A stretch of 64,000 bases of DNA from an uncultured Gemmatimonadales bacterium. GTDB lineage: Bacteria; Gemmatimonadota; Gemmatimonadetes; Gemmatimonadales; GWC2-71-9. The stretch is from the NCBI GenBank assembly GCA_963748815.1, contig CAVVKJ010000009.1, positions 32,001 through 96,000 of the forward strand, given 5' to 3'. This document shows, one piece after another, positions 53,074 through 62,100 of the stretch. A program made the position numbers and the translations under genes. How positions within the stretch are numbered: position 1 is the first letter of the stretch; each line of letters opens with the position of its first letter. Under the pieces are notes generated by a model. It searched no databases. It was given only the letters and a program-made list of their open reading frames with translations, and was not told the DNA's origin.

Positions 53074-55005
53074 CTACTCGCGCCGCGCGTCGCCTTCGAG
53101 GTAGGTGTACCCCTCGAGCCCCGCCACGTAGTCCGCAATGAACGAATTCGCCTCGGCCCGGGAGAGATCCCGGGCCGCGGTCACTTTCCGGCGCCACGTC
53201 GCGAGCAGGTCGGAGGCGTGGAACTGGACGTAGTTGAGGACCTCGGTGACGGTGTCCCCGTGCACGAGGTCGGTCACCTGGTACCCCTGGGGCGTCAGGC
53301 GGACGTGCACCGCGTTGGTGTCGCCGAAGAGGTTGTGGAGGTCGCCCAGGATCTCCTGGTAGGCCCCGGTCAGGAAGAACCCGAGCACATAGGCGTCGCC
53401 GTCGGCGCAGGCGTGGAGCTCGAGCGACGGCTTCCCCTTGCGGCCCCCGGCGAACCGGTCGATCACCCCGTCGGAGTCGCAGGTGATGTCCTGCACCGTG
53501 CCCCGGCGCGTCGGGCGCTCGTTGAGCCGGTGGATCGGCATGATGGGGAAGAGCTGGTCGATGGCCCAGTTGTCCGGCAGCGACTGGAACACCGAGAAGT
53601 TGGAGAAGTACCGGTCCACGAGCGTCGCGTCGATGTGGGCCGTGATTTCGGGATGGGACGTCCGGTCGTCGCCCAGCAGCTGCTGCATGGCCGTGAGCGT
53701 GCAGAGGTACAGCTGCTCGGCGTCGGCCTTGTCACGGAGCGTGAAGACCCCGCTGGCGAAGTACTCGTTGGTCCGTTCCTTGGCAAAAATGACGTCGTGG
53801 AACGCCTCGTCGAGGCGCTCCATGCTCAGGCCCTCGAGATTCTCCGACATTTCCCGGAGCAGAGCGTGGGGCTCCTCGCCGAGCACCGGCGCCACCGGCT
53901 CCACCTGGCTCTCAACGTCGATCACGTTCACCAGCAGCAGCGAATGGTGCGCGGTGAGCGCCCGTCCCGACTCCGAAATCAGGTGGGGCATCGGCAGCTC
54001 CCGCTCGCGGCAGGCGGTGCCGATGGTGTACACGACGTCGCTTGCGTACTCCCGCATGGTGTAGTTGACGCTGGCGGGCCGGGTCGAACGCGACCCGTCG
54101 TAGTCCACGCCGAGGCCGCCGCCGACGTCCACGTGCGTGAGCTGGAAGCCCATCGCGTGGATTTCGCCGTAGTACCGGGTGATCTCCTCCAGCCCGGCCT
54201 TCACGTGCCGGATGTCGGTGATCTGGCTGCCGAGATGGAAGTGCACCAGCCGGAGGAGATCCTTCCGCCCGAGCCGGTCCAGCTTGGTCAGCAGCCGCAT
54301 GAGCTCCACGGCGCTCAGCCCGAACTTGGACTTCTCCCCGCCGCTCTTGGCCCAGCGCCCCGACCCCTCGGTGGCGAGCTTGATCCGGACGCCGAGCGTC
54401 GGCACGATCCCCATCTCGTCGGCCACCGACAGCAGCAGGTCCAGCTCGTGGAGCTGCTCTACCACGATGAACACCTGGTGGCCCAGGCGCTGGCCCATGA
54501 GAGCCAGCCGGATGAACTCCTCGTCCTTGTAGCCGTTGCAGACGATCACGTGCTGCGTGCTCTCGTGCAGGCCGAGGACGGCCTGCAGCTCCGGCTTGCT
54601 GCCGCACTCGAGGCCGACGCCGTGCGCGGCGCCGAACTCCACGATTTCCTGCACCACGTGGCGCTGCTGGTTGACCTTGATCGGATAGACGGTGGTGTAG
54701 GAGCCCTCGTACCCGAACTCGCTGATGGCCTTGCTGAACACCTCGGCCAGCTGGGAGATGCGCGCCCGGAGGATGTCCGAGAAGCGGAGGAGGAGCGGAA
54801 GCCCGACACCCTGCGCCTGCAGGTCCATGGCCAGCTGGTACAGGTCAAGGCCGCGCGCCGGGTCGCCATCGGCGTGCACCGTGACGTGGCCCTCGTCGTT
54901 CGTGCGGAAGAAGCCCAGGCCCCAGCCCGGCATGTTGTAGAGCTTCTCGGCGTCCCGGGACGTCCAGGCGGCCGGCGGCGCGCTCGGCGGCGTGACGGTC
55001 GTGAT
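53074..55005 (-). CDS. speA: Biosynthetic arginine decarboxylase, probable non-canonical start
   Basis: YPIKVNQ, GSKPEL, HFHLGSQI, DVGGGLG, ESGRA, DITCDSDG, GAYQEILG. The W...DA..LYN N-terminus lies upstream of the first ATG (54933). Confidence 0.93.
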   Translation of the reverse strand: MTTVTPPSAPPAAWTSRDAEKLYNMPGWGLGFFRTNDEGHVTVHADGDPARGLDLYQLAMDLQAQGVGLPLLLRFSDILRARISQLAEVFSKAISEFGYEGSYTTVYPIKVNQQRHVVQEIVEFGAAHGVGLECGSKPELQAVLGLHESTQHVIVCNGYKDEEFIRLALMGQRLGHQVFIVVEQLHELDLLLSVADEMGIVPTLGVRIKLATEGSGRWAKSGGEKSKFGLSAVELMRLLTKLDRLGRKDLLRLVHFHLGSQITDIRHVKAGLEEITRYYGEIHAMGFQLTHVDVGGGLGVDYDGSRSTRPASVNYTMREYASDVVYTIGTACRERELPMPHLISESGRALTAHHSLLLVNVIDVESQVEPVAPVLGEEPHALLREMSENLEGLSMERLDEAFHDVIFAKERTNEYFASGVFTLRDKADAEQLYLCTLTAMQQLLGDDRTSHPEITAHIDATLVDRYFSNFSVFQSLPDNWAIDQLFPIMPIHRLNERPTRRGTVQDITCDSDGVIDRFAGGRKGKPSLELHACADGDAYVLGFFLTGAYQEILGDLHNLFGDTNAVHVRLTPQGYQVTDLVHGDTVTEVLNYVQFHASDLLATWRRKVTAARDLSRAEANSFIADYVAGLEGYTYLEGDARRE

Positions 55006-55153
55006 CGCGGTGCTCCTGCTGAGGAATCGGCCTCAATGTTAACGCCCACGGCCTCCCCCCGAAAGAACCGCCCCCCGGCGAGTTTCCGGACGCCTCGCGC
55101 CGAGGGGCCGACCGGGCGAGATTTCAGCGTCACGTCACATTCGGGGAGCAGGC

Positions 55154-56294
55154 ATGCAGTGGTCGTTCCGTATCGGACGGGTCGGCGGCACCGACATCAA
55201 GGTCCACATCACCTTCCTCGCGCTGGTCGCGTGGTGGGGATACTCGGCCTACGCCGACGGTGGGCGGACGGCCGCGGTCCAGGCGGTCGTCTTTCTCCTC
55301 GCGCCTCTTCGCCTGCGTGCTGCTCCACGAATTCGGCCACATCCTGATGGCGCGCCACTACGGCGTCCGGACCCCCGACGTCATCCTCCTCCCCATCGGC
55401 GGCCTGGCACGCCTCGAGCGGATGCCGGAGGAGCCGCGACAGGAGCTGCTGATCGCCGCGGCGGGCCCCGCCGTGACACTCGTCATCGCGCTGACGCTCT
55501 TCGGTGCGCTGCAACTGACCGGGGCGCCCCTCGATTCCGAGCAGCTCGACCCGACGCGTTCCGGCCTCCTGCAGCAGATCATGTGGATCAACGTGGCCCT
55601 CCTCCTCTTCAACCTCCTCCCGATCTTCCCGATGGACGGCGGCCGGATGCTCCGTGCGCTCCTCGCCATGCGCATGGGCCTGCAGCGGGCCACGCGTCTG
55701 GCCGCCCGCGTGGGGCAGCTCGGCGCCATTGGGCTGGGGCTCTGGGGGCTGGGGTTCTTCTCGCGCTGGGGGTACGGCCCGAACATCGTGCTCGTGCTGA
55801 TCGCGGTGTTCATCTATCTCGCCGCCGGGGCCGAGGGGGCCGCGGTGGAGACCAGGACGGCGGGACGTGGCCTGACGGTGCGGGAACTGATGATCACGCA
55901 GTTCGTCGCCCTGCCGATCTACGCCACCCTGCAGCAGGCGGTGGACGCCCTTCTCGCCGGGGAACAGAGCGAATTCCCGATCATGGACAACTGGGGAAAG
56001 GTGGAGGGAATCCTGACCCGCGACGGACTCATCCGGGGACTCTCCCAACTGGGCGTCGGCGCCACCGTCGAACGGGCCATGAGCACCGGCTTCGCGTCGG
56101 TCCCCGTCGAGCTCCCCTTCGAGGCGGCGATCGAACGGCTGGTCCAGAGCGGGCTGCCGGCGCTCCCCGTCGTCGACGACCGCGGGGCGCTGGTGGGTCT
56201 CCTGACGGGGGACAACGTGAAGGACGTGCTGCTGGTGCGGCAGGCGGGGGTGCAGTTTCCGGCCCGTGCGCATCATCCGCCCCGTCTCGAATGA
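55154..56294 (+). CDS. Site-2 protease (M50) with tandem CBS domains, +1 frameshift near 55305
   Basis: IKVHITF, LLHEFGH, AAAGP, FNLLPIFPMDGGR, C-terminal CBS pair. Confidence 0.9.
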
Positions 56295-56511
56295 GCACCG
56301 GTGCGGCGATGCCTTCCAAACCGCCTGCTGGGCTGCCGTCGTCCTCCGGGTGGCCTTCGAGCGGCTGACCCAGAACGGCGCCATCATCACCGCGCTCCGG
56401 CCCGTGCTGGTGGCCGAGCAGCTCGGGCCGGTCCCGACCACGACTCCCGTCGCCAGCCGGGAGTCAAACGAGTTGGCGGAGGCTGTCGTCCAGACGCTTC
56501 GGCGCGACTAG
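56266..56511 (+). other. Possible 3' gene remnant or small ORF
   Basis: Coding-like codon bias in the 3' part (VAFERLTQNGAIITALRPVLVAEQLG), with no convincing start. Confidence 0.25.
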
Positions 56512-56763
56512 CTCGATGGGGCCGATCTGACCGCGCCGGCCGTCCTCCAGGCCTCGCGGACTATCATACCGAGGAGGCCCCGCACTCGGGCCTTCAGATA
56601 CTCAGCCCCGTCGCCTGTCGGCAGGCCCAGGTGGTAGCCAGGCAAGAGGCATCCTAGGCCGGCGGCTGTCTCGCCAACCGGGGGTCAGATCACATCTGGG
56701 GACTCGGGCGTGAGGGTTACGACCAGTGCCCGGCGTGCGCTGTCACTGTTGGGAGGACTTCTC

Positions 56764-57474
56764 CTAATACCCAGCCCGATCGGCATCACGGAGAAGTGGG
56801 CCAATAATTGTGTCAAATGCCCGCCGCTGGTCTCCCTTGAGAAGCCGCTGCATGAGGCGCAGTTCGGCGATCCCTGCCTGGTACCAGAGCGGCGCGTCCA
56901 CCTGAGCACCGAGGCGCCTCCAGGTCGTGAGTTGCCCTCCGACTGCTTCGAGGGTCGCACCCGTGAGGCACGCTTGGCGCAGGAGGGATTCTTGTTGATC
57001 CGAGGTAAGCTCGGCGCTCAGGGCTGCCAAGATCTCGGTCCGGCGCTCGTCCTGCGTCGGGTAGTCGAAGGCCCATAGAATCAAGTCTGCCGGCCCGCCA
57101 AGCCTCCGATATATCTCAGCTGCGGACATCGCGACCCACGCACCGAACTCCAGGGGATCGGTAATCATTGCCGCGAGAGTATTCGCCAAGGCCAGGGAAT
57201 CTGCCTGCCACACGCTATCAAGCTGCTGCCACGACGGTCCGCGGGCCGGATCCTCCCTGAGTATCAACGGCTCGAACATCTTCACGATCGTCGAATCGGC
57301 CTCCAGACGGACTCCCGGAGCGATGTCCTCCCTTGTGCGCGCCGGTAGCACCGCGACACATTGGCTGACGACGGACTGGGCTGCGGCCGCGCCGGGCAGA
57401 CCAGACCACAGCAACAGGAGGAAACGCAGGCGGAAGTGGCGTCGTGGCAAGAGGGTCTCTCCGGTCATCAACAA
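56764..57474 (-). CDS. Putative immunity protein of the orphan Rhs C-terminus, with signal peptide
   Basis: Overlaps the toxin stop and has an AAAQ cleavage site. Paralog of 58415..59176 (LDS.W.AD......TLAA....P; WY..GI.EL.LM..LL.G.....FD.I.GP.L). Confidence 0.7.
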   Translation of the reverse strand: MLMTGETLLPRRHFRLRFLLLLWSGLPGAAAAQSVVSQCVAVLPARTREDIAPGVRLEADSTIVKMFEPLILREDPARGPSWQQLDSVWQADSLALANTLAAMITDPLEFGAWVAMSAAEIYRRLGGPADLILWAFDYPTQDERRTEILAALSAELTSDQQESLLRQACLTGATLEAVGGQLTTWRRLGAQVDAPLWYQAGIAELRLMQRLLKGDQRRAFDTIIGPLLRDADRAGY

Positions 57475-58360
57475 TGGAGCGACGGCCCGCGGACCAGTTG
57501 ATTCGCGGCTTGGTAAGTCGCGCAGTGATAGGTAGAAGTGCCATCATATGCCGAAAGGCTATGCAGTTGTTCATGGATGGCGTAGTTGGCCAAGTATCGC
57601 CCCAACCGGGGCGCGAAGAACCGGCCGGCGTGGATCGCGGTCGGAGCACCGAAGTTGTCGCTGTCATACGGCGTGGCGGCAACTGGAAATTCGCCTGGTT
57701 TGGTCATGGTCGAGTTCACATACTTGCTGTTCTCAAACACGAGGCCACCCAGTAGACGCTTAAGAAAGCCTCCCATCGCTTGCCCCGGCGACACATGGAG
57801 TCCATTGGGAAGGGTCACCGATGGGCTCGCCCAGTTCATGCCGGTAAGGACTGCCTCGAACAGCCCCCCAGACTGGCCGAATTTCAGCGGAGACGCCCCG
57901 CCACACACCACGCCGAATACCCCGCCCCCGGCCAAAACGCCCCCCCCCCCGACAGAACCCCGCGACACGCCCCACCCACAGGTCGCACACTGCGCCCGAG
58001 GCACGCGCCCATTCCATCGGCGCCGCCGCCCCCCGCTGCCCATAGCTCGCCCCGCCGGTGAGTGGACGGAGCTCCCCGCCCCCACCGAAGCAGATATCCA
58101 CGCCCAGGCACAAGTCGTCCCAGCTGAGATATGCCCAGGTCGCATCCTTGACCAGCCCATCCGGATCCCGGGCCTGGAGCACGTCGCCGTTGATATAGGC
58201 ATAGACGTTTCCGCCCCCCGCATAGCCGATGCGGTCCTCCTGCACAAACCGCCCCACCGTGGGGTCAAAGTACCGGCTCCGGTGGAAGTAGAAGCCGGTC
58301 TCGGCGTCCCATTCCCGCCCGGTCCAGCGATACCGGGGCGGGGGCTGGGGACCGGCGCTG
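57468..58360 (-). pseudogene. Orphan Rhs module: core remnant plus HExxH C-terminal domain, no start codon, frameshift near a G11 run
   Basis: RYRWTGREWDAETGFYFHRSRYFDP...RDPDG, then in another frame GGFLKRLLGGLVFENSKYV...IHEQLH...HC...C*. Confidence 0.82.
58034..58360. repeat. ~330 bp direct repeat of 59702-60028 (Rhs core end and post-DPDG segment)
   Basis: Manual alignment. Differences are mostly synonymous. Confidence 0.92.
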
Positions 58361-58414
58361 CGTCAGCATCGACCGGACCGGTCGGTGCCGTCCGTCGTTG
58401 GAGGCCCCAGAACC

Positions 58415-59176
58415 TCACCGGCTTGGGGGTGCTAGCCATTTCACAAGTGCTTCTTCGGCCCGGCCCAGAGTTGGTCCGAGAATGCGATCGAACTGCACGA
58501 GCAACTCCCCCGAGAGGAGGCCCCTCATCAACTCCAACTCCTGAATCCCACTATCATACCAGCTTGGCAACCCAGCTCGACCGTCAAGTGATTTGAGCGA
58601 ACCGAGGTGGGGAGTCAAGGCGTCCACACCTATCGCCGTCCGACAGGCTACCCGGAACACCAGAACCTGTTCGAAACTCGACAGTGAATCTGGAAGCGCG
58701 ATGAGGATGTTGTAGTTGCGTGTCTCCGACTGGGGCACATCGAGGCTTGCAAGAAGCCACGTCGATGGGCCTCCGCGCCAATGGTATTCCGTCGCAGCGC
58801 CAAGGGCAGCATCGTGCGAATACTCAGATGGAGTCACAACGATCGCAGCAAGAGTGCGGACAAAGCCCTCGGGATCTGCCTTCCATGCGCTGTCGAGAAC
58901 AAGTCTCCGGCTTCTGGCGGTGGCGCTGATTGGCTCGTCGATGACTGTTGACGAAAAGATTGGCAGCACTAGGGGAAGTAACTGACGATCCGGCCATGGA
59001 TAGCGCGATGACGCGCTGTCGGATGTGCCCGCCTTGGCTATCACCTTTTTGCAATCGCATGCCATCGACTGAGCGAACGCCGCCTGTGGCCCGATGAATA
59101 TGGCGAACGTCACTGCCAAGGCCCGCGCCTCGCGCGCCCAGCCAATTCGGGCGCGTCCGACGATCACGGTATGCAT
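58415..59176 (-). CDS. Putative immunity protein of the full-length Rhs toxin, with signal peptide
   Basis: Overlaps the Rhs stop, lower GC, hydrophobic LAVTFAIFIGPQAAFAQ segment, paralog of 56764..57474. Start uncertain (59176 or 59224). Confidence 0.7.
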   Translation of the reverse strand: MHTVIVGRARIGWAREARALAVTFAIFIGPQAAFAQSMACDCKKVIAKAGTSDSASSRYPWPDRQLLPLVLPIFSSTVIDEPISATARSRRLVLDSAWKADPEGFVRTLAAIVVTPSEYSHDAALGAATEYHWRGGPSTWLLASLDVPQSETRNYNILIALPDSLSSFEQVLVFRVACRTAIGVDALTPHLGSLKSLDGRAGLPSWYDSGIQELELMRGLLSGELLVQFDRILGPTLGRAEEALVKWLAPPSR

Positions 59177-62100
59177 GGGAGATAGTGGTCGGTTAGGTAA
59201 TTGGCGGTTGCGTAAACAGCGCAATGCCCAGCTTCGGTCGCAGAAGCGCCCGGGAAGAGGAAATGCAATTCTTCATGTACGAATGTGTTCGCCAGATCGT
59301 CCCGGTTTGTCCGCGCGAACACGAGGCGCTCATCCACTATCGTAACACCGAACACGGTCACCGCTCTCGTATCTGGTGAGCGGCCGCCTCCGTGGACATA
59401 CCGCGCGTTCTGGAAGATGCTGCCGCCGACCAGGCGCGCAATGAATGAGCCGACTACCGTTGACCCGAACAGGTCGCCGAATAGCAAGCTGGAGCGAGTG
59501 TTACGAGTTACCGCGTCGAGGGCTCGGTAGAAGTTCCCTCGCCCCAATGCACTCGCGCCCTCAAACATCGCTGACACTTCGGGTAGAGTCCCAGGACCGC
59601 CTATAGATTGGGCCAGCGCGGCGTAGTTTTGCTTGTACTGTTCATACATGTCGAACTTGAAACTCGACTGGGCCCCCCACTCGATGAGCGCATTGGCCAT
59701 GCGCTGCCCATAGCTGGCCCCGCCGGTCAGGGGACGGAGCTCCCCGCCCCCACCGAAGCAAATATCCACGCCCATGCACAAGTCATCCCAGCTGAGGTAC
59801 GCCCAGGTCGCGTCCTTCGTCAGCCCATCCGGATCCCGGGCCTGGAGCACATCGCCGTCGATATAGGCATAGACGTTTCCGCCCCCCGCATAGCCGATGC
59901 GGTCCTCCTGCACGAACCGCCCCACCCCCGGATCATAGTACCGGCTTCGGTGGAAGTAGAACCCCGTCTCGGCGTCCCACTCCCGCCCGGTCCAGCGGTA
60001 GCGGAGCGGGGGCTGCGGGCCGGCGCTGTCGATCAGGTTGCCGTAGGGGTCGTAGCGCAGGCTCCCGACCCACGCCCCGTCGCCTCGCCGCACCAGGGCC
60101 CGCACACTCCCCAGCGGGTCCAGCACCACCCGGTAGGTGGTGTCGCGCACCGTCACGCCCAGCAGGTTGTCCACGCCGGGACCCCAGGTGTAGATCGTCG
60201 TGAGGCCGGTATTCGCCGAGTCGGTCTCGAAGGCTACTTGGCCCCCGGCATAGACCATCCGGAGGTACCCCACCGTGCCGCCAGTGGCGCCGCTGTACAC
60301 CCGCTTGACGATCCGGCGGCCGGTCACGTCATACCCGTAGCGGGCGATCAGCACCCCGTTCTGCCGCACCCAGATGAGGCGCTCCAGCGCATCATACCCG
60401 TAGGTCCACCCCGGCACCACCTTCTGGAGGAGGTTGCCGGCATGGTCATAGTTGAGGAAGCCTCCGGACTTCCGCAGCTGGTTGGTCGTGGCGTTGAAGA
60501 GCTCGCCGCCCTGCACAAACAGGTTGTCCATCCGGTCAAAACTGTAGCTCCGGCTCACCAGGGAGTCGGGACTCCCCGCCGCCCGCGCGGCCGAGGAGCG
60601 CTGCCACCACCCGATCACCCGCTGCCAGCCGTCGTAGACCACCGAGTCCCGCAGGCTGTCGGGCGTGGCCACGGCACCCGCCTGCCGGCTCCAGAAGGGC
60701 TTGAGCATTGGGCCCAGGGAGTCCACCGCGTCCTCCCGGTCGAGCGCGAGGGCCGCCCACGTCGGGCTGCTGAACACATTCACCTGGTAGCTGGCCGCCG
60801 TGAGCGCCCCGCTCAGGTTCCAGCCCCGGCTCTCCAGGTGAATCGGCGTGCCCGCCGGCCCCCGGGTCGTGAGGCTCTGGCTCCGGCCCAGCTCGTCCAG
60901 CACCAGCGCCAGCGAGTCGCCCAGCGGCGTGAGCAGGGTGTCGGGGATGCCGCGGGCCGTCTCGTAGCGGGTCTGCCAGGTGCCGACCGCGTCGGTCCGG
61001 GTGGTCGGACGCTCCCAGGGATCATAGGTGTAAGTCTGGATGCGGGGTACCGTGCCGCTCCAGGCGGTGTCGGCCACCAGGCGCCCCCGCTGGTCGTAGC
61101 CCCAGCGGAGTTCGCCATTGATCCCGCCGATCGAGTCCACCGGATTCTCCAGCCACTGCCGCGTGCGCTGGTCCGCCGGGCCCTGGTAGGCCTTCCGCAT
61201 CGTGCCCACCGTGGGAATCACCGCCAGGGTGTCCCGGTTTCGGCTGTCATAGTGGGTCGTGATGACGTACCCCCGCCGGGTGATGGTCTTGACGACGTTG
61301 CCAGCTAGATCGTAAACGAGCGAGTCCTTCACGGTCGCACTGTCGGCCCACGGCCGCCGACTCACCACCCGGCCCAGCCGGTCCAGCCGGTAGGTGGTGG
61401 CCTTGCCCCGGGGGTCCACCCGGGCCGTGTCCCGCCCCGCGCGGTCCCGCCGGTACCCCACCGCCTGCCGGTGCAGGGAGTCGAAGCTCGCCGGCCACGA
61501 ATAACAGGGCGCCGTGCAGTTGTCGCCCCGGAACAGCACCGTCGAGTCCACCTCGTTCGCCACCGTGTACCAGGTGCGGACCTTCCGCCACTGGATCCGG
61601 GTGGCCCCGAGGCTGTCGGCGACCCGGAGCGAGCTCTCGGTCGTCGTGTCCCGCCCCTGGGCATCGTACTTCGTCCGCGACCGGAGCTGGTTGTAGGGGC
61701 CCGTCACCTCGCTTGGGTTCTGCCAGGTGCCATCATACGCGTACCGCACCGCCCCCGCTCCCGAGCGCCGGGTCGAGTCCACCCGCCCGTCGGCCCGATA
61801 CCACACGAAGCTGGAGTCGTCGGCGGGCCCCACCGTACGGATCGGGTTGCCCACCGCATCATAGGTGATCGCGGTGCTATTGTCCCGAGGATCCACCTGC
61901 CGGATGACCCGGAAGTTGGCGTTGTAGACCAGGCTGTCGAGCCGCAGCGTGTCGCTCGCCGCGCGGACCCAGAAGGTCTTCACCACCTGGCGGAGGCTGT
62001 CATACTGGGTCCAGACCCGGCTCGAGTCGGCCACCTTCCCTTCCGTCCAGACCACCCGCCCGTCCATGTGGAAGCTGGCCTGTGCGAGGAGCCCGAGCGC

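Noticed and set aside
58034..60028. Rhs duplication as a DGR template/variable repeat pair
   Set aside because: No reverse transcriptase in the window. Differences within the repeat are mostly synonymous and not adenine-specific. An orphan Rhs module explains it.
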